From NCBI GenBank assembly GCA_011364975.1, contig RDOE01000017.1:1-50803 (forward strand): 50,803 nucleotides of DNA, read 5' to 3'. The translations under genes and the position numbers were made by a program. Position 1 is the first letter of the stretch. Every line of letters starts with the position of its first letter. The stretch comes from Promethearchaeota archaeon. Its GTDB lineage: Archaea > Asgardarchaeota > Lokiarchaeia > Sigyniarchaeales > SOKP01. The notes below the pieces were generated by a model. The model did no database searches, was not told the DNA's origin, and saw only the letters and a program-made list of their open reading frames with translations. This document shows, one piece after another, positions 30,751 through 41,464 of this stretch.

Positions 30751-30973
30751 ATCAATAACCTCCCTTTAATTAAAAGTACCATATTTTATAAACATTTAAT
30801 TATGGATTCAATTCCTTAAGTGCTTTATAGATTATTAACTTTCAACCTCTATAGCTTTGCTTATCTAACTGTATTAATCTAAAGATTAATAATCAATAAT
30901 ATGAACTTTAATATGGATTTTCTAGCTATTTAATTTAATAAGATTAAAAAAATATTTGGAGTAAATTCTCATT

Positions 30974-31459
30974 ATGCCGGAAAAAAAAGTAGAGTTAAAG
31001 GTCGGAGATAAAGCACCTGACTTTTGTCTCCCAGATAAAGATAATCAAGAAGTATGTCTTAAGGATTTTAAGGGAAAAAATACAATTATATATTTTTACC
31101 CCGCCGATAATACGCCTGGTTGCACCACTGAAGCAATAGGCTTTACTGATATATTACCCGAATTCCAAAAACTAGATGCTACGGTGATAGGAGTAAGTCC
31201 CGATAGCCCAGAGTCACATGCAAAATTTATTGAAAAGAAGAATTTGAAGGTGACTCTTTTAAGTGATGAGAATAAGGATGTATTAAAAAAATATGGTGCT
31301 TGGGGACTAAAAAAATTTAAAGGAAAAACCTATACTGGTGTGATTAGAAGCACCTTTTTGGTAGATTCCGAAGGAAAAATAGCATATATTTGGCCAAAAG
31401 TAAGTGTTAAGGGTCATGCTGAAGAAGTAAAGAATAAATTAGCAGAATTCTCAACCTAG
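30974..31459 (+). CDS. bcp: Peroxiredoxin, Bcp/PrxQ family
   Basis: GDKAPDF, YFYPADNTPGCTTEA, GVSPD, RSTFLVD. Confidence 0.93.
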   Translation: MPEKKVELKVGDKAPDFCLPDKDNQEVCLKDFKGKNTIIYFYPADNTPGCTTEAIGFTDILPEFQKLDATVIGVSPDSPESHAKFIEKKNLKVTLLSDENKDVLKKYGAWGLKKFKGKTYTGVIRSTFLVDSEGKIAYIWPKVSVKGHAEEVKNKLAEFST

Positions 31460-31532
31460 CTAATTTTATTAATTTATTTTTCTTTTTTGTATTTTATTAT
31501 AATTTAAATCAAATTTCATTGAAAAAAAATTT

Positions 31533-31760
31533 AATTTTAAAGAAGCAATTCAAATAAGAAGAGCTTATCCTTCACTGGATCCTGTAGAAATTGATGATTA
31601 TTTAATTAATGATTTAGCAGAAACTGTAAATCCTGTACTTTCTGATGTAATGAAATTAGGTGAAAAACAAAGACCTACAAGAAAACAATTAGAAGAATTT
31701 ATATTTGTAGATCACTACGGAAATAATTTTATTGAAGATTCTATAATAAAAAATAAATAA
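31533..31760 (+). pseudogene. Internally deleted nitroreductase-family remnant
   Basis: NFKEAIQIRRAYPSLDPVEIDDYLINDLAET joined to VNPVLSDVMKLGEKQRPTRKQLEEFIF; nitroreductase-like N- and C-termini with no core and no clear start. Confidence 0.55.
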
Positions 31761-31766
31761 AAAAAA

Positions 31767-32333
31767 TTAAGCATTCATCTTTTTAAGTACATAAGCAAAG
31801 TTTTTACCCAGATTTTTAAATGTTTTAATCCCTTCTTCATCATCAAGTACTTCCCCAGGATTTCTTCCAAATCCCATATTCCAGTATGTACTCCCTACTA
31901 CAATCATTTCTTTAATTAAGAAGAAATAATTTATACTCGAGAAAACATGATTAGCCCCAGCTCTTCTTACTGCTACAACTGATGCACCAATTTTGTTTTT
32001 TAAAAATCTAGAAGTTGCAAAACCTGCTCGTTCTATTAATGCTTTTGTACTTGTTGTTAGATTTGAGAAATATGTAGGAGATCCGATAATTATTCCATCG
32101 GCTTCAAGCATTTTCTGAATATATTCATTCATCTTATCCCCTTTCAGAACACATCTTTGATCATTATTTTCAATACATTTGTAGCAAGCTGTACATCCTT
32201 GCAATTTCTCCATACCAATCCAAACATAATCGCATTCTATCCCTGCAGATGTTAATTCTTTCATTACTGTACTTAAGCAAAGATATGTATTTCCTTCTTT
32301 TCGGGGACTCCCATTAAATAATACTACCTTCAA
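31767..32333 (-). CDS. Iron-sulfur flavoprotein (flavodoxin family)
   Basis: GSPRKEGNT, CTACYKC...C, ADGIIIGSPTYF. Confidence 0.9.
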   Translation of the reverse strand: MKVVLFNGSPRKEGNTYLCLSTVMKELTSAGIECDYVWIGMEKLQGCTACYKCIENNDQRCVLKGDKMNEYIQKMLEADGIIIGSPTYFSNLTTSTKALIERAGFATSRFLKNKIGASVVAVRRAGANHVFSSINYFFLIKEMIVVGSTYWNMGFGRNPGEVLDDEEGIKTFKNLGKNFAYVLKKMNA

Positions 32334-32514
32334 TAGTTTGATTCCTCATACTTTTTATTTTAAATTAGAATCTCAAAATTATAATTTATAGAATATTATA
32401 ATTCTTATTTTTTACCTTTTGAATGGTATGAACTATATTAATTTCTCTCATGAATTATAAGCATTATTTTGATATAATTACAACACATTGATTATTTAGA
32501 ATGGTGAAAACATA

Positions 32515-34626
32515 GTGATTAATACGTCAAATTTAAAAAATAATAAATTAATTAATGAAAAAAGTCCCTATTTATTACAACACGCTAAGAACCCAGTAGA
32601 TTGGTATCCTTGGGGTGATGAAGCTTTTCAAAAGGCTAAGAGTGAAGATAAACCTATATTTCTATCTATTGGATATTCAACATGTCACTGGTGTCATGTC
32701 ATGGAAGCAGAGTCATTCGAAAATGAGCAAGTGGCAGAACTTATCAATAAGACGTTCGTTTCCATCAAAGTTGATAGGGAAGAACGTCCCGATATTGACA
32801 AGATTTATATGTCGGTTTGCCAATTGATGACCAATTCCGGTGGTTGGCCATTGACTATATTAATGACTCCGGATAAAAAGCCTTTCTTTGCGGGTACTTA
32901 TTTTCCAAGAGAAACTCGTTTTGGAAGAATAGGGCTAATTGACTTAATCAATAGGGTAAAGACCTTATGGAATAATAATCGTAAAGAATTACTCGAGTCT
33001 AGTGAAAAGATTACATTTGCACTTAAAGATATGACTCAAGAATCTCCTGGTCAAATCCTAAATGAAAAAGCTTTGAAAACTGCTTATAATCAACTTAAAG
33101 CTCGTTTTGATGAGAAGAATGGTGGGTTTGGAAATGCTCCTAAATTCCCAGCTCCTCATAATTTATTATTTTTATTGAGAGTATGGAAAAGAACGGGAGA
33201 TAAGGACGCTTTAAATATTGTTGAAAAAACACTAAACGCGATGAGAAGGGGAGGGATATATGATCATATCGGATTTGGGTTTCATCGATATTCAACAGAT
33301 TCGCACTGGTTGGTTCCTCATTTTGAAAAAATGCTTTATGATCAGGCATTACTAGCCTTAACATATTTAGAGGCTTTTCAGGCGACAAGAAAGGAAGATT
33401 ATAAAAATACTGCTAAAGAAATTTTAGAATATGTGTTAAGAGATATGACCGCTCCAGAAGGAGGTTTTTATAGTGCGGAGGATGCAGATAGTGAAGGTGT
33501 TGAAGGAAAGTTTTATATATGGACCAAAGATGAAATTGAGCATTTACTTGGAAACGATGAGGCTGATTTATTTATGAAATTATATAATGTTGTTGATGAG
33601 GGAAATTATTTAGAAGAAGCATCAAGAGAGAAAACTGGTAAGAATATACTTCATCTCAAACCTAGTTTAGATGAAATATCCAAAGATACTATCATCTCTA
33701 TTAATCAATCCAACAATTCTGTTAATTTTATGAGAAATTTACTATTTAAAGCCAGAAATGAGCGAATAAAACCACATAAAGATGATAAAATTTTAGTTGA
33801 TTGGAATGGATTAATGATAGCGGCTTTTTCATATGCAGGATACGTGCTTAATGAGTCTAAATATACAAGTGCAGCTAAAAAGACCGTTAAATTTATTTTC
33901 GAAAACATGGTAACCTCTGAAAACAGTTTACTCCATAGATTTCGTGATGGAGAGGCGGATATTCCTGCTTTTCTGGACGATTATGCTTTCTTAATATGGG
34001 GATTGATAAACCTATACGAATCAACCTTTGAAATAGAATATCTTAAAAAAGCAATTGAATTAAATGATATTCTCATTGAAAAATTTTGGGATTTCAATAT
34101 AGGAGGATTTTTTTTCACTACAGGCGATTCCGAGGATTTATTGACCCGTCAAAAAGAAATCTACGATGGAGCTATTCCCTCTGGTAATTCAGTTCAAATG
34201 TTAAATCTTCTTAGGTTATATCAAATAACAGGTGATGGAGATTTTGAAAAGAAAGCAGAAATTATCAGTAAACTGTTCGCAGAAAATGTTAGAGCAAGTC
34301 CATCAGCCTACACATTCTTGATGATTGCGGTAGATTATGCTGTTGGGCCTTCTTACTCATTAGTTATTGCAGGGGATACTGAAAAAGAAGATACTTTATT
34401 TATGATAAAATCTTTTAAAACAAAATATTTACCTAACAAATCTTTAATTTTTAGACCTACAGATGAAGATTACCCTTTAATTGACAAGTTTTCGAACTTT
34501 GTTCAATTTTTTGATAAATTTGGGGATAAGGCCACTGCTTACGTTTGCATAAATAAAACTTGTAAAGCTCCAACAAATCATATTGAAAAAGCTTTAGAAT
34601 ATTTAAAACCAGAATGGAATAACTAG
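32515..34626 (+). CDS. YyaL/SSP411 (SPATA20-like) thioredoxin-domain protein
   Basis: [46 protein letters not shown]. Confidence 0.93.
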   Translation: MINTSNLKNNKLINEKSPYLLQHAKNPVDWYPWGDEAFQKAKSEDKPIFLSIGYSTCHWCHVMEAESFENEQVAELINKTFVSIKVDREERPDIDKIYMSVCQLMTNSGGWPLTILMTPDKKPFFAGTYFPRETRFGRIGLIDLINRVKTLWNNNRKELLESSEKITFALKDMTQESPGQILNEKALKTAYNQLKARFDEKNGGFGNAPKFPAPHNLLFLLRVWKRTGDKDALNIVEKTLNAMRRGGIYDHIGFGFHRYSTDSHWLVPHFEKMLYDQALLALTYLEAFQATRKEDYKNTAKEILEYVLRDMTAPEGGFYSAEDADSEGVEGKFYIWTKDEIEHLLGNDEADLFMKLYNVVDEGNYLEEASREKTGKNILHLKPSLDEISKDTIISINQSNNSVNFMRNLLFKARNERIKPHKDDKILVDWNGLMIAAFSYAGYVLNESKYTSAAKKTVKFIFENMVTSENSLLHRFRDGEADIPAFLDDYAFLIWGLINLYESTFEIEYLKKAIELNDILIEKFWDFNIGGFFFTTGDSEDLLTRQKEIYDGAIPSGNSVQMLNLLRLYQITGDGDFEKKAEIISKLFAENVRASPSAYTFLMIAVDYAVGPSYSLVIAGDTEKEDTLFMIKSFKTKYLPNKSLIFRPTDEDYPLIDKFSNFVQFFDKFGDKATAYVCINKTCKAPTNHIEKALEYLKPEWNN

Positions 34627-34637
34627 ATGAATTAAAA

Positions 34638-36122
34638 ATGGTAAAAGCATTCGATTTTCCAGCAAATTTGACTTGGTTAAACACTCAAGAACCGCTAACC
34701 CTAGAGATGTTAAAAGGTCATGTTGTTCTGTTAGATTTTTGGACATATTGCTGTATTAACTGCATTCATGTGCTTAATGATTTAAAGTATCTCGAAGAGA
34801 AATATAAAGATCAGCCATTTATTGTAATTGGGATTCATAGTCCTAAATTTAAAAATGAAAGAGATCTTGATAATATAAAGTCTGCTATCGCTCGATATGA
34901 GATTTATCATCCTGTATTAGCGGATACATATATGGTTCTATGGCGAGAATATGGAATTAATGTATGGCCCTCATTTATTCTAATTGATGTAGAAGGAAAC
35001 GTAATTGGAACGACTTCTGGTGAAGGACAAAGAACTATCCTAGACACTGCTATTAAACAAAGCTTAGATGAAGGAAAAAGGACGGGAAAAATTGCTAAAG
35101 AAAAAATTTCAATAGTTTCTGACATTAGTTATGATTCTATACTTAAATTTCCAGGTAAGTTAGCTATAGACTCTACAAATGATATTTTATTTGTAAGTGA
35201 TTCAAATCATAATCGAATTTTAGCAATTAAATTAGAAGAAAAGGATATAGGTAAAATCCTCTTTACAATTGGAAACGGAAAGGACGGATTTAAGGATGGT
35301 AATTTCGAAGAAGTCAACTTTAATAAACCTCAGGGGATGATTTTTCATGAAAATACTTTATTTATAGCAGACACAGGAAATCATGCGATACGATTAATTG
35401 ATCTTGCTAAAAAAAGTGTAAAAACCATCGCAGGAACGGGGAAACAAGGATTTAAAAGAAATTATGACGGGGCGGCCTTATCTGTATCTTTAAGTTCACC
35501 TTGGGATTTAGCATTACATGAGCATTATCTCTATATCGCTATGGCAGGAATTCACCAAATATGGAGAATGAATTTAAAAGATAATACTATTCAAAATTAT
35601 GCGGGTAGTGGCAAAGAAGATATTATTGATGCTAAACTAAAAGATGCTGCCTTAGCTCAACCAAGCGGTTTGTCTTATGATCCCTCCAAAAATCGTTTAT
35701 ATTTTGCGGATAGTGAAGTTTCTGCTCTCCGATATATAGATATTGGGAAAGGATTAGTTAAATCTCTAATTGGTAAAGGTTTATTTGTTTTTGGGTTGAA
35801 AAATGGAGAATTTGATAATGCTCTCTTACAGCATCCCTTAGGCGTTGATGTAGAGGGAGATACTATTTATATCGCTGATACTTATAATCATGCTATTAGA
35901 ATTGCAAATCTTAAAACTAACGAGATTGGAAACTTAATTTATCGCCCAAAAAAGGGGGTATGCAAAATTGGTGATGAAAATTGCGATGTTTTACCATTAT
36001 TCGAACCTAATGATGTGTTAAGTTATAATGGAAAGCTATATATTGCAGATACAAACAATCATCTGATAAGAGTTTTTGATTTTAATAAGAAGAACCTTTC
36101 CGATTTATATTTACTTAGTTAA
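34638..36122 (+). CDS. Thioredoxin-like plus NHL-repeat protein (NHLRC2/SOQ1-like)
   Basis: DFWTYCCINC, GIHSPKF, repeated ADT.NH.IR blades, HQIW, AQPSG. Confidence 0.9.
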   Translation: MVKAFDFPANLTWLNTQEPLTLEMLKGHVVLLDFWTYCCINCIHVLNDLKYLEEKYKDQPFIVIGIHSPKFKNERDLDNIKSAIARYEIYHPVLADTYMVLWREYGINVWPSFILIDVEGNVIGTTSGEGQRTILDTAIKQSLDEGKRTGKIAKEKISIVSDISYDSILKFPGKLAIDSTNDILFVSDSNHNRILAIKLEEKDIGKILFTIGNGKDGFKDGNFEEVNFNKPQGMIFHENTLFIADTGNHAIRLIDLAKKSVKTIAGTGKQGFKRNYDGAALSVSLSSPWDLALHEHYLYIAMAGIHQIWRMNLKDNTIQNYAGSGKEDIIDAKLKDAALAQPSGLSYDPSKNRLYFADSEVSALRYIDIGKGLVKSLIGKGLFVFGLKNGEFDNALLQHPLGVDVEGDTIYIADTYNHAIRIANLKTNEIGNLIYRPKKGVCKIGDENCDVLPLFEPNDVLSYNGKLYIADTNNHLIRVFDFNKKNLSDLYLLS

Positions 36123-36185
36123 TTAATATTTAATATTTGATTAAACAAACTTATATAAGTTGTAAATCTAATAGATTATCTGCAG

Positions 36186-36866
36186 ATGAATATAACTCTA
36201 AATCCTAAAAGTAATAATTCCGAAGATAATCATATTACTGATATGTTAAAAAAGCATCGCTTAAGAGTAAAATTTGGGCTTTTTTCTTTTATAATTTGTT
36301 CCTTAACGGGATTTGCGTTTCTATTTACAGCTTTAAGCTTTAACCCTGGTTTGGAAATAGTAATAGCCATTATATTTATAATTTCAGTTTCAATCATCAT
36401 CATGGGTTTAATTATATTATATACAATTGGCCTAAACTCAAGAAGACTGCTTTTTTATTACAACATTATTAAATCCATTCATTTTGACCAGGTAACCATT
36501 GATCTGAAATACATTATTTGTATCAAGGATGATATATTGATAATATACAAAGCATCACTTCATGGTATTTACTTGTTACCACTTGAATGTCTCAAACCTG
36601 TTATTAATTCAATGACTACTTCCGAGGATAAAAAGCCAAAAAGACTACCAAATTTCAAGAGATTAAATAAAAAAGTAAGTTCAGAAAATATAAAGATCAA
36701 ATATGCTGAATTTAAGGGAAATTTTAAAGTTTTGATAAATAAGGATAACTATATAGCTGAAAGCACAATGGTTCTGCTTATGCCTTTAATTTTAGCATCT
36801 AGAACTCAAATCAAAAGAGATCATATTATCGAAATGATTGATATTGCTAAAAAAACATTAAATTAG
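36186..36866 (+). CDS. Hypothetical protein with two N-terminal TM helices
   Basis: 226-aa ORF, hydrophobic around aa 30-82. Confidence 0.6.
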   Translation: MNITLNPKSNNSEDNHITDMLKKHRLRVKFGLFSFIICSLTGFAFLFTALSFNPGLEIVIAIIFIISVSIIIMGLIILYTIGLNSRRLLFYYNIIKSIHFDQVTIDLKYIICIKDDILIIYKASLHGIYLLPLECLKPVINSMTTSEDKKPKRLPNFKRLNKKVSSENIKIKYAEFKGNFKVLINKDNYIAESTMVLLMPLILASRTQIKRDHIIEMIDIAKKTLN

Positions 36867-36930
36867 GTTATTTTAAATGATATTTTAGCAGTAATTGATT
36901 TCATTGCATTTTTTAAAGACTAAAAGAAAA

Positions 36931-38235
36931 TTAAATATTCAATATTTCCTTTATAAGAGGGATAATTTCTTTCTGTTCAAATAACCCTGTATCTCCAGTT
37001 AATCTAAATTTTTCAATTAATTCTTCATATTTCTCTTCAAAGGATTCAATTAAATATTTTAATCTATCTTTTAAACTTTTATCAGCTGGACTTGATAGAA
37101 AACAAGCCAGTTTTGTAGATTTACCATATGCAGCTTGTACATAAAATCCTTTATAACTAATTTCTTCTAATTTAGTGCCGCCTATTTGAGATACATAAGA
37201 ATCCATTGCCGCTAAAAATCCTGATGCCAAGGCTTGTTCTTTAAAATTTTCATTTGTATAGGAAACAATCGGGGTTCCCGATACAATTTCCATAATAATC
37301 AGGTCTCTAAATCTCTCGGCATACTTTGGAGAATCTTCTTCTTTTAGAATTAGCTTATTATGCTCAAAATCTTCATATATTTCAAATAATCTAAAATCTT
37401 CTGGAGTAAAGGAATTAGATTCATCAAAATGATAATCTGAAAGTTTTATTAATTGCGAAGGTGCTCTCAATGGTTCTCTGGGTAAGGACCTAATAAAGTT
37501 ATCTCTTAGCTCTGTATTATATTCATCATTCTTTTTTGCTTTAGAAACACCAAATATCAGTTTCCTTGATGGATCTACAATATATAACCAACAATTCAAG
37601 TGATTCATGTCAAAAATTAATTTTCGTACCCCAATCTTTAATGCTCCTACAGGTGTAGTAATAAACACGTTCCAATTAGAAACTTTTCGAGACTCTTCAA
37701 TCAATGATTTAGTATCTAAGTAGGATTTTGCATTTATATCATAACCTGTCAACGTGAAAACGGACTCAGTCCTAAGCATCGGTTTTTTTCTTACTAAATA
37801 CATATCCATTTTTGGTTTTAGCGGATTCTTCAGTGTATTATATACAGTTATCCCTACATCAGCACAAAAATCTGCAAATACATCAATCAAATCCTGCTTT
37901 ACAATAAAGTCGAGATTATTTAAATACTTTTTAAAAACACTCTGATTAATAATGGCATAACCAAGATATTCTAAAGGATCTTTAAACCTCTTCTGAAGAT
38001 CTGTTGAATAAAACATTTTTGTTAAATGAATTGCAATAAGTTTTATGAATTCTAGTCGTGTTATAAAATCTTTTTTTGGAAGCCCAATCCCATATTTTTT
38101 AGCGAAATCATATAAATCCTCTGCCTTACAACTAATTAAAATGTAATTTAGGCAGATTAAGCCGACTTTACGCTCGCTTTTTTCCTTAAGATGGGGGATT
38201 ACATTTTTAAACGTAAAAGATTCGTTTGCAAACAT
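36931..38235 (-). CDS. Protein with C-terminal longin/roadblock-like domain
   Basis: LIIM..SGTPIVSY...LASGFLAAMDSYVSQ...LEEISY...FEEKY pattern typical of Asgard longin-like domains. Confidence 0.7.
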   Translation of the reverse strand: MFANESFTFKNVIPHLKEKSERKVGLICLNYILISCKAEDLYDFAKKYGIGLPKKDFITRLEFIKLIAIHLTKMFYSTDLQKRFKDPLEYLGYAIINQSVFKKYLNNLDFIVKQDLIDVFADFCADVGITVYNTLKNPLKPKMDMYLVRKKPMLRTESVFTLTGYDINAKSYLDTKSLIEESRKVSNWNVFITTPVGALKIGVRKLIFDMNHLNCWLYIVDPSRKLIFGVSKAKKNDEYNTELRDNFIRSLPREPLRAPSQLIKLSDYHFDESNSFTPEDFRLFEIYEDFEHNKLILKEEDSPKYAERFRDLIIMEIVSGTPIVSYTNENFKEQALASGFLAAMDSYVSQIGGTKLEEISYKGFYVQAAYGKSTKLACFLSSPADKSLKDRLKYLIESFEEKYEELIEKFRLTGDTGLFEQKEIIPLIKEILNI

Positions 38236-38466
38236 ATTCTTAAATAAACTTATAATTAATAGAAATTTGTTTATTTTATCCCAATAGCATTTAAAGAGCG
38301 TAATTATTTATTTATAAGTCTAAGTTTTTCCAAAATTATTCCTTACCATATCACAAACTAAACAAACTATAGGCTTTCTTTAATCTTACTAATACCATGT
38401 CAAAAAAAGAAGTAACAAAAATGCATTATATAAAAATTCGAACATTAAATAAGAAAGTAAAAAAAA

Positions 38467-40485
38467 TTATTTTCCTCCGTTTTCAACGGAAGATTCCTTT
38501 ATAGCAACATTAATTATAGAGTTCAATTGAAAATTAGCAAAATGATTCTGAACCATAGCTCCAGAAGGACATGCTGAAACACACGTTCCACATCCTTTAC
38601 ACATTGCTGGATTGACAACCGCGACTCGCCTAAATTCATCAAAATCGATTGCCCCAAAAGGACATAAGCTTTGACAAGATCGACACCCTGAACAGAGATG
38701 ATCAATAACTACTGAATAATATGGCTCTATTTCAACCTCTCCTTTAGCCATCAATGCTGAAGCACTTGAAGCAGCTCCTTTTGCTTGAGCAACTGTATCA
38801 GGTATATCTTTTGGCCCTTGAGCAACTCCCGCTACAAAAATACCATCAGTTAATGTATCAACGGGTCTCAATTTAGGATGCGCTTCCATAAAGAATCCAT
38901 CAGCAGATCGCTGAATACTTAATAAGGATGAAATATTATCTGCATCAGCTTTTGCTTCTAATCCACAAGAAAGGATAAACATTTCAACTTCGAGTTCTAA
39001 AGGTTCTTGTAATAATGTATCCTCCGCACGAATAATTATGTTGTTATTTTTTCCTTGTGAGACCTCAGCAATTCTTCCGCGTATGTAATTAATACCGAAG
39101 TTTTCAGAAGCTGATTCATAGAATTCTTCATACCCTTTTCCAAAAGCTCTAACATCCATATAAAAGATATATACATCTGCATCTGGATGTTTCTCTTTAT
39201 ATTGACGGGCTTGCTTAGTTGCATACATGCAACATACCCGAGAACAATACTGATTTCCCCCTTCTCTAAAGTTCCTACTACCAACACATTGTAAAAAAGC
39301 TATGCTATGAGGAGCTTTTGAATCTGATGGTCTAACCGGTTTTCCTAAAACAGGTCCAAATGAGGATAATAAACGTTCCATTTGTAATCCAGTTATTACG
39401 TTGGGATATCTTCCATAACCATATTGTTTTAACTCTGTTGGATCATATAAATCCCAGCCTGTAGCCACAATTATAGTTCCTACTTTTACTTTAAGAAATT
39501 CTGGTTTATCATCATACTTAATCGCTTCTGGTTCGCATACATCAAGACGAGCACAGATACCACATTTTATGCATTTATCCATATCTATTGTATATTGTCC
39601 CGGAACCGCTTGCGGAAAGGGAATGTATATAGCTTTTCTTGTTGCCATTCCTAAATCAAATTCATTTCCAACGGTAACCGGGCATTTTTCAGCACAAGCA
39701 CCACAAGCAGTGCATTTTTCTTGATCAACATAATGTGGTTTCTTTTTGATGGTTACTTCAAAGTTTCCTACATAACCAGATACATCTACAACCTCTGAAT
39801 ACGTCAAAAGTTCAATATTTTTTTCACGAGCTACATCAACCATCCTCGGAGTGATGATGCAAGCACTACAGTCCATTGTTGGAAAGGTTTTGTCAAGCTG
39901 AGCCATATGGCCTCCAATAGTAGGTGTACGTTCAACTAAGTAAACCTTATATCCCTCTTGAGCTAAATCTAATGCTGAATTCATACCCGCAATACCTGCT
40001 CCGATAACTAAGCAAGCAGGTTCTACCTGAACCTTCTGTACTTCTAGAGGTAATAATTTTCGAGCTTTAGCAACAGCCATTTTCACATGATCTTTAGCAA
40101 TTTCATATGCGCCCTCAGGATCATACATATTAACCCAAGTGGCATGTTCTCGAATATTTGCCTGTTCAAACAAAAATTGGTTTAATCCTGCTTCCTTGCA
40201 GGTTAGTCTAAATGTAGGTTCATGCATTCGAGGTGAACATGCTGCTACAATAACTCTATTTATTAAACCTGCTTCAATATCTTGCTTTATCATAGATTGT
40301 CCATTGTCAGAACACATAAATTTATACTCGCGTGCTAACACCACATCGGGTAAGGAAAGTGCGTAATCTTTAAGCTTAACAACATCAATGACACCAGCTA
40401 TATTTATACCACAATGACATACATAAACTCCAATTTTAGGCTTCTCTTTACCCGAGACTTTAATTTCTTTTTTAACTTCAGTCAT
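38467..40485 (-). CDS. hdrA: Heterodisulfide reductase subunit A
   Basis: GVYVCHCG, ACSPRMHE, GAGIAG, LDKTFPTMDCSAC, CVGSR, CSRVCC, inserted and C-terminal ferredoxin motifs. Confidence 0.96.
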   Translation of the reverse strand: MTEVKKEIKVSGKEKPKIGVYVCHCGINIAGVIDVVKLKDYALSLPDVVLAREYKFMCSDNGQSMIKQDIEAGLINRVIVAACSPRMHEPTFRLTCKEAGLNQFLFEQANIREHATWVNMYDPEGAYEIAKDHVKMAVAKARKLLPLEVQKVQVEPACLVIGAGIAGMNSALDLAQEGYKVYLVERTPTIGGHMAQLDKTFPTMDCSACIITPRMVDVAREKNIELLTYSEVVDVSGYVGNFEVTIKKKPHYVDQEKCTACGACAEKCPVTVGNEFDLGMATRKAIYIPFPQAVPGQYTIDMDKCIKCGICARLDVCEPEAIKYDDKPEFLKVKVGTIIVATGWDLYDPTELKQYGYGRYPNVITGLQMERLLSSFGPVLGKPVRPSDSKAPHSIAFLQCVGSRNFREGGNQYCSRVCCMYATKQARQYKEKHPDADVYIFYMDVRAFGKGYEEFYESASENFGINYIRGRIAEVSQGKNNNIIIRAEDTLLQEPLELEVEMFILSCGLEAKADADNISSLLSIQRSADGFFMEAHPKLRPVDTLTDGIFVAGVAQGPKDIPDTVAQAKGAASSASALMAKGEVEIEPYYSVVIDHLCSGCRSCQSLCPFGAIDFDEFRRVAVVNPAMCKGCGTCVSACPSGAMVQNHFANFQLNSIINVAIKESSVENGGK

Positions 40486-40495
40486 TTTTATCCTC

Positions 40496-41446
40496 CTAAG
40501 TTAATTCCTCCTTAACTTTGGCTAAAAAGGGTTCTACAGGAATAAATGGAGAAACATTCTTTAAATCATGATTCTTAATTAAACCTAACAAATTTGGATC
40601 TATACCAAAAGATAGACCTAGAAGTTGGGTTAAATATATTACAGGAATTTTAAAGGGTTCTCCTATCATGTCCTTATAGATACTATTTGCTTCCATTTGA
40701 CCTAAATCTAACTGCAAATGGCAAAACGGGCAACAATCAATTATGATATCCGCACCTGCATCCCTAATATTTGTTAATTTTTCTCTCGAAAAATCCGCAG
40801 ATACTTCTTTTACAGCAGTTCTCACTGCCCCCCCAGCACCACAACACATAAATTTATCTTTATAATCAATACTCTTTGCACCTGTTATTTCTACTATCTC
40901 ATCAAGAAAAGTAGGACATTCATATTCACCGTCCCAAGGTCTTTTATCGCTTGGTTTTACTATGTGGCATCCATAATGAACCGCAACTTTTAAATCTTTA
41001 AACTTATGCTTTACAAAACCTTTAAGGTAATCTATACCCATATCTAAATATAATGCTTGAACAACATGCTTAGGTTCTATACTTCCTTTAAATTTACGAC
41101 CCACTTTTGCAAGATGCTCATTAACCATTTTTTTCATCTCTGGTTCATGTTGTAGTTCATACCACGCGTCTCTTAATGTACCGTAACAACCATTACAACC
41201 AGTTATAACATCAACACCTAATTCTTCGGCGATAGTTAAATTCCTAGCAGCGATGACTAACCATGTAGGAATATGAAATGCTCTAAAAACGCCAGGGGCA
41301 GGACAGCATGATGCACCTTCCAGTTCCAATATCTCAGCTCCTAAATGGTCAAAAACCGCCCTAATAGATGTTTCTATCATTGGATATCTATTTGGAGCAA
41401 CACAACCTAAAAAAAACCCATACCTAAATTTCTTTTCTTCGCTCAT
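40496..41446 (-). CDS. hdrB: Heterodisulfide reductase subunit B
   Basis: FLGCVAPNRYP, SCCPAPG, CNGC, HYGCH, CCGAGG, CPFC. Confidence 0.95.
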   Translation of the reverse strand: MSEEKKFRYGFFLGCVAPNRYPMIETSIRAVFDHLGAEILELEGASCCPAPGVFRAFHIPTWLVIAARNLTIAEELGVDVITGCNGCYGTLRDAWYELQHEPEMKKMVNEHLAKVGRKFKGSIEPKHVVQALYLDMGIDYLKGFVKHKFKDLKVAVHYGCHIVKPSDKRPWDGEYECPTFLDEIVEITGAKSIDYKDKFMCCGAGGAVRTAVKEVSADFSREKLTNIRDAGADIIIDCCPFCHLQLDLGQMEANSIYKDMIGEPFKIPVIYLTQLLGLSFGIDPNLLGLIKNHDLKNVSPFIPVEPFLAKVKEELT

Positions 41447-41464
41447 TAAATTCACTCTCTTAAT

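Noticed and set aside
17173-40485. Selenocysteine recoding in fwdB, mvhD, hdrA or bcp
   Set aside because: The usual Sec positions are Cys codons (VCHG, CCNWC, DCSAC, PGCT) and all four ORFs are uninterrupted
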